The notes beneath the pieces were generated by a model. It did not search any database and had not been told where the DNA came from. It was given only the letters and a program-made list of their open reading frames with translations. This document shows, piece by piece, positions 1-11,791 of a stretch of 64,000 nucleotides of DNA (its first letter is position 1; every line of letters starts with the position of its first letter). The stretch spans positions 186,001 through 250,000 of the forward strand of contig NIVC01000650.1 of NCBI GenBank assembly GCA_002269645.1, read 5' to 3'. Origin of the DNA: Macrostomum lignano (Eukaryota). The translations under genes and the position numbers were made by a program.

Positions 1-570
1 GCCAAATGAAGTGTCACAGGAGGCGCCAAATGAAGTGTCACAGAAGGCGCCAAATGAAGTGTCACAGAAGGCGCCAAATGAATTGTTACAGGAGGCGCCA
101 AACAAAGCGCTACAGAAGGCGCCAAATGAAGTGTCACAGGAGGCGCCAAATGAAGTGTCACAGAAGGCGCCAAATGAAGTGTCACAGAAGGCGCCAAATG
201 AAGTGTCACAGGAGGCGCCAAATGAATTGTTACAGGAGGCGCCAAACAAAGCGCTACAGAAGGCGCCAAATGAAGTGTCACAGAAGGCGCCAAATGAAGT
301 GTCACAGAAGGCGCCAAACAAAGTGTCACAGGAGGCGCCAAATGAAGTGTCACAGGAGGCGCCAAATGAAGTGTCACAGAAGGCGCCAAATGAAGTGTCA
401 CAGGAGGCGCCAAATGAAGTGTCACAGGAGGCGCCAAATGAAGTGTCACAGAAGGCGCCAAATGAAGTGTCACAGAAGGCGCCAAATGAAGTGTCACAGG
501 AGGCGCCAAATGAAGTGTCACAGGAGGCGCCAAATGAATTGTCACAGAAGGCGCCAAATGAAGTGTCACC
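1..570. repeat. 24-bp minisatellite (GCCAAATGAAGTGTCACAG(G/A)AGGC), cut by the window start
   Basis: About 23 tandem copies read directly; explains the SQEAPNEV and KCHRRRQM repeat ORFs. Confidence 0.97.
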
Positions 571-1149
571 TGGGTTAATTTTTACCCAGCTCTAGAAGTG
601 AATTATTAGACTGTTTCTACAGACATGCCTAGCATGGCGATAGAAACTTCAAAAATTAAAAGAAATTCAAACATGAACAGCATCAAGATTTTGAAGTATT
701 TTGAACTGAATAAATAGCAAAAGGCTGGCACCGAATTAACAAAACTGTATTATCGCAATTATTCCGACAGGCTGGATAAAGAGTGGATTGAGAATTTAGG
801 AAAGAGAAAAAATAGGCAAAGCCTTCTTGTGATAAACTTTGTAATTACAAGCAATACCCATTCGCAGCAACAAAATAGAAAGAAGCATTAGGAAAGAGGG
901 GTGAGACCAATTAGCCAGATTTGCACTTTCTCTCAATGACAGACGCGCTCTAGAATACATTGAGACTGAAGCTGAGCCAAGCATAACGCTGTCTGTGCTG
1001 TTCAGATTGAAAAGCAAACACAGTTGCCTGCTTTTTTACAGATAGGTCTGTTCCATTGCTGCTCTTGTTCCTTTGATGTTGCCTTTTGTCAACAGCTCAG
1101 TCCCTGTTATTATGAGCCTCTCAATATCCTCCTCTGTTTAATATGATAT

Positions 1150-2225
1150 CCTTTCTTCTCGCTCTTCCTTCTCGCCCCTCTCCCTTCTTCTCGCCCCTCT
1201 CCCTTCTTCTCTCCTCTCCCCCTTTTCTCTCCTCAATCTATTCTTCTCTCCCCAGCTCCCTTCTTCTCTCCCCAGCTCCCTTCTTCTCTCCCCAGCTCCC
1301 TTCTTCTCTCCCCTCTCCCTTCTTCTCTCCCCTCTCCCTTCTTCTCTCCCCAGCTCCCTTCTTCTCTCCCCAGCTCCCTTCTTCTCTCCCCAGCTCCCTT
1401 CTTCTCTCCCCAGCTCCCTTCTTCTCTCCCCAGCTCCCTTCTTCTCTCCCCTCTCCCTTCTTCTCTCCCCAGCTCCCTTCTTCTCTCCCCTCTCCCTTTT
1501 TCTCTCCCCTCTCCCTTCTTCTCTCCCCTCTCCCTTCTTCTCTCCCCTCTTCCTTCTTCTCGCCCCTCTCCCTTCTTCTCGCTCCTCTCCCTTTTTCTCT
1601 CCTCTCCCCCTTTTCTCTCCTCAATCTATTCTTCTCTCCCCAGCTCCCTTCTTCTCTCCCCAGCTCCCTTCTTCTCTCCCCAGCTCCCTTCTTCTCTCCC
1701 CAGCTCCCTTCTTCTCTCCCCAGCTCCCTTCTTCTCTCCCCAGCTCCCTTCTTCTCTCCCCTCTCCCTTTTTCTCTCCCCTCTCCCTTCTTCTCTCCCCT
1801 CTCCCTTCTTCTCTCCCCTCTTCCTTCTTCTCGCCCCTCTCCCTTCTTCTCGCCCCTCTCCCTTTTTCTCTCCTCTCCCCCTTTTCTCTCCTCAATCTAT
1901 TCTTCTCTCCCCAGCTCCCTTCTTCTCTCCCCTCTCCCTTCTCTGCCCCGCTCCCTTCTTCTCTGCCCCGCTCCCTTCTTCTCTGCCCCGCTCCCTTCTT
2001 CTCTGCCCCGCTCCCTTCTTCTCTGCCCCGCTCCCTTCTTCTCTCCCCTCTCCCTTCTTCTCTCCCCTCTCCCTTCTTCTCTCCCCTCTCCCTTCTTCTC
2101 TCCCCCTCCCTTCCTCTCTCCCTTCTTCTCTCCCCCTCCCTTCCTCTCTCCCTTCTTCTCTACCCCCTTACCCTTCCTTGCTCCCTTTTATCTCCTCTTT
2201 GTCTTCTCCCCTCTTACCCCTCTAA
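1150..2225. repeat. CT-rich 19/20-bp minisatellite and polypyrimidine tract
   Basis: Units CCCCAGCTCCCTTCTTCTCT and CCCCTCTCCCTTCTTCTCT; the marker TCAATCTAT recurs at 1233, 1621 and 1892. Confidence 0.95.
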
Positions 2226-2715
2226 TCCCAATTCATACTCGTTTTCCTTTCTCTTCCAGTGGAATAGATAAATACTGAGAAATAACACAACTTTTACGGA
2301 AAGCTCATAACGCATGAAGGGAATGACAGTGAATGACAATAGAATCAAGAATAAAAATCAAGGACTTAAAAAATCATTTTAAGAGGTACAATGCCCATAC
2401 ACCATTTATAATGTACATTTGAAGAACTTCTAATTTACACAGCCATACACAAGGCTATCCACCCGTGCCGGAGAAAAAAATTTTAATTAGAAAAATACTA
2501 CTCAAAGTAGATCACAAGCGAGTCTCTGAAATCAGAAATAGTGACAGTGACACGAAATGCGGGCATGCGGTTGTTTTACAGATCGACACGATGTTGATAA
2601 TTAAAAGTACACAGATCAAATTCTTGTACTTTAAATGGTAGCGGAACTAATTGCATCTTAAGTGCAATTAGGCAGAGTAGTTTTGAACGCGGTTTAAATC
2701 TTAGTTTAAGGAAGA

Positions 2716-3385
2716 TTTGAAGCGATTCTCAGGGTAGATTTGAGGTGATTCTCAGGGTAGATTCGAGGTGATTCTCAGGGTAGATTTGAGACAATTTTCA
2801 GGGTAGATTTGAGACAATTTTCAGGGTAGATTTGAGGTGATTCTCAGGGTAGATTTGAGACAATTTTCAGGGTAGATTTGAGGTGATTCTCAGGGTAGAT
2901 TTGAGGTGATTCTCAGGGTAGATTTGAGGTGATTCTCAGGGTAGATTTGATGTGATTCTCAGGGTAGATTTGAGGTGATTCTCAGGGTAGATTTGAGGTG
3001 ATTCTCAGGGTAGATTTGAGGTGATTCTCAGGGTAGATTTGAGGTGATTCTCAGGGTAGATTCGAGGTGATTCTCAGGGCAGATTTGAGACAATTCTCAG
3101 GGTAGATTTGAGGTGATTCTCAGGGTAGATTTGAGGCAATTCTCAGAGTAGATTTGAGGTGATTCTTAGGGTAGATTTGAGGCAATTTTCATAGGAGATT
3201 CGAGACGATTCTCAAGGTAGATTTGAGGCGATTATCAGGGTAGATTTGAAATGATTCTCAGGGTAGATTTGAGGCGATTCTCAGAGTAGATTCGAAGTAA
3301 TTTTCAGCGTAGAATTGAGGTGATTCTCACAGTAGATTTGAAGTGATTCTCAGGGCAGATTTGAGGCAATTCTCAGAGTAGAATT
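2716..3385. repeat. 23-bp minisatellite (AGATTTGAGGTGATTCTCAGGGT)
   Basis: About 29 tandem copies, degenerating at the 3' end. Confidence 0.95.
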
Positions 3386-3582
3386 GATAAGTTAGTGCTT
3401 CCAAATTGTATAAATAAAAATTTTTAATTTTTTTAATGATTCAGGAATATCAGTCAGTACTTCTAAAAACGAAAAAAATACATGTTTAGTTCTTTGTGAA
3501 TTAAGACAAAAAAGCAGAATAACAAAGCTTGTTTAAAACCATCCTCAAAAACACTTTTTATATTGAAAAGTAAAAGTATTGT

Positions 3583-4336
3583 TTAAATTCTAGCATAGGT
3601 GCCCAGATACTGGCCGCAGTGCGGGCAAAAGTGCCTGGCATCCTGGCAGTCGTTGATGCAGCAGGGGATGCAGGCGCAGGGCCACAGGCCGAACAGGCAC
3701 AGCAGGGAGCCGCTGAGCCAGGCCAGACAGCCGGGGGTGTAGCTCACGCTAGTGAGCACGTGACAGCGGCAGAACGGGCACTCGATGCTGGACGGGTAGG
3801 GCCCGAACTCGCGGATTATGATGGTGGTGGTGCCGGCGGACGGGCCTGGGCCTCCGGTGGCCTGCGGGTGAGAAGTATTAACTGGTAGTGTACAGCTGGG
3901 GATCTGGGAGGCTGGCCCAGCAACTGGGGATCTGGGAGGCTAGCCCAGCAACTGGGGGGGGATCTGGGAGGCTGGCCCAGCAACTGAGGATCTGGGAGGC
4001 TGGCTCAGCAACTGAGGATCTGGGAGGCTGGCCAAGCAACTGAGGATCTGGGAGGCTGGCCAAGCAACTGAGGATCTGGGAGGCTGACCCAGCAACTGAG
4101 GATCTGGGAGGCTGGCCAAGCAACTGAAGATCCGGGCTCTTGTTGACCCAATGCGAAACATAAACATAATTTAAGCAACAGACTGTAAGCATTACCTGAT
4201 AATAGCCCCTGCCACCAGCGACTCCAGTATTCAATAGATCGCTTTCATACTTTGGCGGCTGTGTAGTGTGAGGCGGCTGACCACCAGGTGGAGGGTAGTA
4301 AGGCGGCGGTGGCGGTGGTGGCTGCTGGTAAGACAT
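3583..4336 (-). CDS. LITAF: LITAF/SIMPLE-family membrane-associated zinc-binding protein, 139 aa; exons 4336-4196 and 3861-3583
   Basis: Exon 1 [17 protein letters not shown]...PPKY...GYYQ ends at CAG|GTAATG; exon 2 follows CCCGCAG| in phase 0 and encodes CPFC, a hydrophobic core, HFCPHC and GTYARI*. The split CxxC/HxCxxC LITAF domain and N-terminal PPxY motifs are typical. Confidence 0.93.
3895..4135. repeat. 28-31-bp minisatellite in the LITAF intron (GATCTGGGAGGCTGGCCAAGCAACTGAG)
   Basis: About 8 tandem copies inside intron 3862-4195. Confidence 0.93.
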
Positions 4337-4858
4337 TCTGCCTTAATTTTGCAAAGTTGAAGAAACCAGTGATTTCTGTTATTAGGTTTGCTTTTTAAGC
4401 TGAAATTTTTCAAAACAGTTGGTGTAAAGTTAATAGTGTTTAATTTTTTCCTACATAAATTAGAACTTTTTTTATCTTTCTTGACATAAACAACAACAAC
4501 TTATCAAGCACAATATAAAGTTCAATAATCAGGAGCTGTAATAAATAACAAGATAATTTGCTTTGTTAAAAGCAGAGTGAAAGCTTGTCTTTATAGTTTT
4601 TCATATCACTCTATCGATCTTATAATGCTTGTTTGCAAAACTAGTTAATGAAGACAAAGTCTTTTCGCCCCAGTGAGCTTTGGGGTTGGAATTTTATAAT
4701 ACCTAGTGTTGTATCGATTATTTAAAGACTTTCAAGGCATTATTAACGCTGATGCTCCTAATATTTTGCGTCGTGTCATACATAAAGTTAGCCTAATAGA
4801 TAAAGTAGGGCGAGAGTTGTAAAATGTCTCTAACGTCAAATGATTTATAGGAAGGGAA

Positions 4859-5638
4859 TTAGGGATGTCGATTCCCCAGGGAATTATCTTATCGGGGACC
4901 CCGGTGAAAAGAAAAAATAAGTAAAAACGGCGGATCACTTAGATTGTAAGTGGAATTTTTTAAACTTTGATTTAAGCTTTGTACTACATGTTCAAGGCGC
5001 AGGGGTAAAAATTTTAAACAATGTTTTTTTAAACTGTATTTGACAATGTGGCATCACGAAATCGTGCGCGCACCTTTATCGGAAAAGTGCATTTGTTGGA
5101 ATGCATGCTAAACAGCTACGCTCGTGAGAGGATAATTAATGAATGAGACTGTTTTTATAATCGGAATTTTATTTCTTGCATATATATGTAAATCACCATT
5201 TTGTCCTTGTCTAATAGGGAGTATATGTATGACACCCCCCTATGCGTCAGTGCCTGACGCATGACGCAGCGCTGCGCCTGCGTCAAGCCGTCAACGCAGA
5301 CCAACACAGCAGTCACTAGTCAGTAAGGCTTCTTTTTCCTGACGGGTTTCTTTTCTACGTGCAATTTGCTTGATTGAATGACTTATTAGTGAAAAAACAA
5401 TCAAACGTGTGTTGTGTTTCAAATACATGTAATGCATTGAAATAAGCAATTATGCGGTAAAAGAGCATAGACAGAGTTTCAATCAGCTTTCTGTGAATCA
5501 GTTTCTTATTTTAATGGCAAAAATTAAGTTACAAATGCATTTTTTCATATTTTTTCTCCCCAGGGTCCCCGGTTAAATTCCCCGGAGAGTATTCCCCGAC
5601 AAGCTCCCCGGGGAGCACTCCCGGGGTCAACATCCCTA
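4859..5638. mobile_element. Non-autonomous hAT-type element, about 780 bp
   Basis: Ends TAGGGATG (4860) and CATCCCTA (5638), inverted subterminal CCGGGGACCC-like motifs, and 8-bp direct repeat GAAGGGAA at 4851-4858 and 5639-5646 (one extra T on the left). Confidence 0.75.
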
Positions 5639-7907
5639 GAAGGGAAACTACGAGCATAAGTTCTGCAACACATATACAAGTAGCTAAGCATTAATAGACG
5701 CACTGCACCGATAAAATGTAATGGAATTGCTCGAATCACCGACACCAAGACCCATAAAACTGGAGAAACTGGCAGGATATAGTAGATACATGTAGGTCAG
5801 AATCAGAAGTGATCATGGGTGGGTGGGTCAAGTGATCATGGGTTCGACCTCGATTGTATTATTCCTTCTTAATCTTATGCAATTAATTGTAAATTTGGTA
5901 TGAAGTAACAGTAATTATCCTTGACCATGCTAGAGTAAAGACAAGTCAAAGTCAAGTTAATAAAAATAGACACACAGTGTAACAATAACAATGGTTTTTA
6001 GAGCCATTTTTCTTGTCTGTGTTTGTCTTTGTACATACATGTACATTTGGGAAGACTTATCTGGACCCAATCCCTTCTTATTCTACATGTACGCTGTTTT
6101 GGGTATGGGGGTTAGAGTTGGGCCGTCTGACACCCCCCTCCCCCCCCCTACCATAGTGGACTGGAGAGAAAGAAGCACATGCTATCGCTATTGGCTAGCC
6201 TGTCGTTCTCTTTCTCTTTACCTTCTGTCTTGTGTAGCGTACACTATCCAATGCACAAGGCCTAACTTTCCACTAAAGGAAGGTTCATATAGTCCGCCCA
6301 TGGGCTTCCTCTTGCTTTCGCGTACACTCAAGGCCACTCACTCTCAACACCAGCCACTAGAGGCTTGTTTTAAATAATCGATCGATAATATTAAATGTAC
6401 ACTTGAAAGCTTGCTTTGGATCCTAGCAGAAGGGGGAGAAAGTGGCCAAGGCCACCACACCCCACAAGGCAGGCAGGCCGGCCCGAGTGCGATAACGAAT
6501 GACAAAAAAATAGAAAAGTACAATTTACACATCAACTTTCAATACAATAAATACAATAATAGGTACGGTATTAATGACAGTGTATTTTCGCACAAAGTAG
6601 CTACGTTCAAACCACCAGCACGTAAACAGCTAAAATTTCACTGTTTATGAAATTTTATAAAATTTAACACATCATTTTAGATATTGAAAACTTTTAAAGG
6701 AGGGTATTACTGTTGCATGTGACTATAAAATCGTGGTAGGTATAGCTGATGATGAAACTGGTGATTGGTATCTAGCTTTTTTGATAACTTAGCCGGTTAG
6801 ACCCCGAAATAGCTATTGTAATTTGTAACGCTGGAGCCAAATACAAATACAATGGAGCAATTAGTTTCTCTCAAATCTGTCTCTGCCAGTGCCAGTTTAG
6901 TCCATAGTAAGTAACCAAAGTAAAATACCCATTAGTGGTCCCGTTTCTAATGTTTATAAATATTAAGCTTCAGTTTACTTTTGGCACAGTATGCAATTTT
7001 GAAAATTCACCCTAATAACGGTTTGCACCAGCAGGAAAGCAACTATTTTGTTGTTGGAAATCGGATTAAGCAGTCAAAAGAGTGTATTTCTATGAAAAAA
7101 GGTACTTTTTTTCCATTTTTTCAAATATTTAAACAGGTTTCGCTCTTTCAATAAAAAAATCATCGCAGTACCTTAAAGTACAGTTAGTTTGGAATTAGAT
7201 GACGGCGTTGAATTGTTTCTTCCATATTCCAAAAATTATAATGAGCACTTTTCCTCAAATCAGTTTGAGATCATGATTTTTAGTCTTTCGTTGATAACTT
7301 TCTGATTTCAAATGTTTAAGAATTGAAAACTTCCACACTTGTGTATCTTTGAATTGCGCATCAATTGGTGCATAGTATGTATGCTTAACTATTAGCAGTA
7401 TAGAAAAAAATGCAAAAAACTGTAAAAGTACATTTTCAATTTTTGCATTTTTTGCAACCAAAGTGCCAACTTTTTGATACAATTGAAAAAAACAACCCAA
7501 TAATGTTATGCATCTTAGTAAGGCGCACCTATAACCCTCGAACATTTTTAGCTCGAGTTTTAATGTGCATGAGGAAATGCACTTTTGTAAAGACATAATC
7601 TTAAGACAAACATTTCAACTGAAGCCTGTTCCTTTTCTCCGCAGTGAATCCATACAAAACTATACTCGTTAAATAGATCAGATTCTTCTCTTTAAAATGA
7701 CACCTCACTTGTGAAATTCGCACTTGTAGTTTTGAAGTTACAGCAGTTTTTGTGAGATTTTTCTTGTCATTTTTTCGATGCACACGTCTCATATTATTAT
7801 ATTCGTCACAAGCCAGACCACCCAATGGATTGGCAATGGATTCGCATTGGCTGGCTGTTTGTTCCTCATGCTCGGCACTTTGTGCCTCGCGCGTTCGCTC
7901 CGCTCAC

Positions 7908-7981
7908 CCCACAAACCCAAGGACACGCGCTTCGCGCGTGTCCTTGGGTTTGTGGGTTTCGCGGAGCTCACTGGGAACTAG
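7908..7981 (+). other. Perfect 23-bp-stem hairpin followed by CTAG; candidate Helitron-type 3' terminus
   Basis: CCCACAAACCCAAGGACACGCGC-TTC-GCGCGTGTCCTTGGGTTTGTGGG at 7908-7956; CTAG at 7978-7981. The hairpin is certain, the element assignment is inference. Confidence 0.55.
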
Positions 7982-9226
7982 AATAAATTTATTTTATACC
8001 TTAATTGCTTTCAAACTTCTAAAAATTAATTTTCAAAAAACTTTCCCCTAATTTTTGGATTTTGTCATATATACTATACTTTGTGTATAGTTTAGCTACT
8101 ATTAGTAAGCCATTTTTATAAATAAGCTCATTTATTTATTTCAATAATCTTTGATAAATATTATTATATATTATTAGATGCTTAAATAGGCCCTATTATA
8201 TATTGCATAGGGTTATCAATTTTTTAGAAATATTGTGATTGTCATAAACAAAATTATATACACATACAAAAATGACACCTTAGGCTTTAACATAATTTTT
8301 TTACATCTTACCATACAAAACATTATAATAGGCCCTAGCCTAGTTATCTAATTTGAAAAAAAAAACTTTATAATAAATGTACCTTTTCTTTATTTCCTAT
8401 TTTGAAATCATTTTTTCTGGTAGCAAATGAAATGACTACTAACCTGGCTATATGAATAATATAGGCCTAGGCCTATGGTAAAAAACTTCAAGGCTTTATT
8501 CCAAACTCTAAACCTAGCCTAATAAGAAAGGCAGAAAGGCCTAACAAAATAAAAGCTTCATTGATAAAAGCATTCCAAAAATCATTTCAATTAAAAAAAT
8601 AATCCTATAAGCATTAAAATTGCAACTAATTTATTGATACATGACTAAGATGGCCACACACCAGGATGGCTGCAGCTTTAAATATCTAAATAGATGATAA
8701 GCCTAGGTAGGACCTAGGTCTATATATTTCATGCATTTTTTTCTATTGGTAATAATTTATATTAGATATAGATCTTTAAGTGTTAGGGAGATAAATGCTA
8801 TAATAGAATTATATTATATTAAAAACATTCCCTTTGGCTTTAGCTTTTATTCTAGCCTAACCTATATAGATATTTATCTACTAAATAAAGCAAATAGCCT
8901 ACTCCAAAATAAATATCTTGTTGCATATTTATCCCAATTTTTGAATAGGCCCCTAGCAATACTACAACAAGTAGCAATGGCTTTTTGGTAAACTGATAAG
9001 CCTAGTATTATAGTAATGGATTTGATAAATAGATATAATGATAAGAAAATTAGTACAAACACTGAAAAAGATTAAAGCTTTTGTATTATGCCTTCTGGAT
9101 AGGCCTAAGTAATTAGTTTCAATTATATTATTGCATTCAGTATTTATAAATATGACTGATTCAACATAATAATTAGGCTAATTCGCTAATATAACAATAG
9201 CTAGGCCTAATTAATTAATGGTTATA

Positions 9227-9523
9227 CATGCGCAACCTCCAAAATTCGGTTGGCCATGCGACTTAGTTTTAACAAAAATGCGACATCATTTTATTTTTTG
9301 GCCAAAAATGCGACTTGCATGTAAAAAACTGTAAAGCAAAATAAACGCAACTTTGGGTAAACGGCAGGAGTAACTATGACTCTCTTATTAAGCCAACATG
9401 CCTTGTTGGCTACTTAGTACAATAATTCTATTTGAGTGTTTTGTTGGGTTGGGTGTGCATTTTTGGCAACTTCCTTGGTTGGTCGCCAAATCGGTCGGCC
9501 AGATCGGCCGACTGTTGCACATG
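9227..9523. mobile_element. Possible MITE with TA target duplication
   Basis: Imperfect TIRs CATGCGCAAC...GTTGCACATG flanked by TA on both sides; internal ATGCGAC repeats. Confidence 0.4.
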
Positions 9524-11068
9524 TATGTTAATGGTAGAAAAAGAATAGATATTGGCCTACAATGCTGGGGCCATCCGCCATGGCCATCTTGGTCTTACTC
9601 TTACACCAATTTATCCTACTAGGTCTAGGTAGGCTAAACTTTAGGAAGCCCCAAATCTGAAACTTTGTCTTTTTTGAATTTATTAGGGGCCTAGGGCCGC
9701 TATGATTATAATTGTATAAAATGTGCTTTGTGAGTGATGTTGTTTCACACCTACCTGACTGGCTGATAAATTATAATATATTATAAGCCTCGAGTCTAGC
9801 TAGGCAAACTACTCATACTCTGGGACTGATCTGATAGGCCCTAGGCCTACTTCTCGAATCTCGTAGGCCCAACTGAAAATGAAATACAAAGTTAAAAAAG
9901 AAAACAATGCAGATTGCAGAATGCAAAGTAGGGTTGTCAAGTCTAATAGATTCGTGAATTGTGAGGAAGACATTATCGTTTGGGGTACTAACGGAACTGA
10001 GGCTGTGTTGTCGACACGACACTGACTGTCCACCAGACCACCACCGCCAGGTGAGGTGACTGGACTGTGAGCTGTGACAGGTGTCACTTAAAGATTTATT
10101 GGCGATCGTCGATCGATCTCGAGTAAAGTAGTAGAGTAGTAGTAGGCCTAAGTTGGCTCAGGCAAGAAGCCTGTTTGGCCAGTATATTTCTGTGTATTTA
10201 AGATATTTTAGCATTAGTTGTTTAATTACGATTAAGTTAAAAAGGTTAATTTTGTTCAAAAGGTTAAATTTTTACACGAGTTACGATGCGAGTTACGATA
10301 TTTGTAAAATTATAAAGGTATTTGAAAGAGCGTTTTTTTGTAAAAAGATGTAGTATTTTGCAAGCGCGCGATATTTCAAAGCGTGAAAAACGAACGTGAA
10401 CTTCGAAAGAACTTTACGTTTAACGAATAACGACGATTTAAATAGGTATTAGATAGGAAACTAATTAAATACTAATTAAATGCTGATAAATAATGAATAA
10501 CGACGGTTTAAATAGGTAATAGATGGGAAAATAATTAAATACTAATTAAATGCTAATTAAATAGGAAATTAAAAAGACAGTAAATGAATAAACAAATGAA
10601 AAGCGGATTTATTACACTGCTGATATATCTGTTTCAGTTTGCATAACTGTTTTAGCTATTCATGACTTCATATATTTTAGCTACACCAGTGAGCTCTTGA
10701 GTAAATTGGTGATTATCGTGAGTTTGAATTTGCCGCCGAATTTCTGCAAAAGCATACACTGGTTTAAACAAAATAAAGTGGACCTCTGCCTGCCAAAAGT
10801 CTGAGGGTTGCTGTTTTGATAACTAAGCAATCTAAAAATGCATGTATTATCGAAACCATTGGATGGTCTACCAAAGTAAAATAGCTGGAAGCTGCTAAAG
10901 TAGAATAGATGGTGCATGTAGTTTTTATAGCGCAGATTTTTCCAGCGAATATTTTTACGAAGGAATTATTCAATATGTTTGAAAGTTGGGTTATTTCCTA
11001 TGCAACAAATTAACGCTTTTGATTGAACTCTGATGATTGTAGCTGAGTATAGCTACATAATCCCCGTT

Positions 11069-11628
11069 TGTAGTCGTTATAAATGTACTGTACAATACAA
11101 AACAACGTGTATCTCGCAAACCCCTGCATGCATTAGGCACTCTTGTCCCCTAGGACTTTGTCCGTCTCTGGATGCTGCATGGTGGTATTAAGCTGACGTT
11201 GCGGCCAAGACCATACAGTTATATGACAGCGGCCCGCGCGGTGTTATGTTTGAAGGTACACGCCAAGAGGGGGATCTTTTAGCGGTCAGCGGTTTTAGAC
11301 TATAATTCCCTCCTAAGCCCCAAGATTCCAAGAGTGGATAATAATATCTTAATCAATCTTAATGCAATTTCCTTCCTACAGTATTCGTAGATTAGGTTCG
11401 ATGCAGCGCAGGGGGATGGGGATCAGTGCTGGTCCCAGAGCTCTCTCGTGGTTCGTATCGTACGGGGACTAATTTAGAAGTTACTGCTATTGATTTGGTT
11501 AAGTTTGGCTCAATACTTTGGTGATCTTACCCTCTGCGATCCTCATGCAGCGTCTATCCAATATTCTGCGACTGTAGGCGCACTCACATTTCATACCACG
11601 TCTCATGGTAGTATAAATAATAGACTAC
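11069..11628. mobile_element. Candidate solo LTR abutting the gypsy element
   Basis: Starts TGTAGTCG and ends GACTAC(C), an LTR-like terminal inverted motif; no convincing TSD. Confidence 0.3.
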
Positions 11629-11633
11629 CCCCA

Positions 11634-11771
11634 AGTAGTCTGGCTTGTTGGTGCGTGAGCACTTAGATGTGCACGTCTGGCTTGTTTGGGGGTTGGGGTT
11701 TAGCGCTGCGGCGTGTGTGTGCATCCTCACGTTATTTTGTTATTCACTGCAACTCAACCCACGGTCTTACA
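11634..11771 (+). repeat. 5' LTR (138 bp), lacking about 60 bp present in the 3' LTR
   Basis: (A)GTAGTCTGGCTTG...CCCACGGTCTTACA, followed by CTTG-TGGCAGCAG (possible PBS). Confidence 0.85.
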
Positions 11772-11791
11772 CTTGTGGCAGCAGTCTCAGT

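Noticed and set aside
6-595. 190/194-aa repeat ORFs (KCHRRRQM, SQEAPNEV)
   Set aside because: By-products of a 24-bp unit; no unique coding flank or splice connection found.
796-1140. 73-aa minus-strand ORF and neighbouring frames
   Set aside because: No recognisable motif, AT-rich codons, stops in all extensions tried.
1143-2225. Ser/Pro/Leu-rich and Glu/Arg/Gly-rich ORFs
   Set aside because: 19/20-bp units do not preserve frame; low-complexity artefact.
6151-6304. Possible MITE with ends CCATAGTGGACT / AGTCCGCCCATGG
   Set aside because: Needs an indel and mismatches; no TSD.
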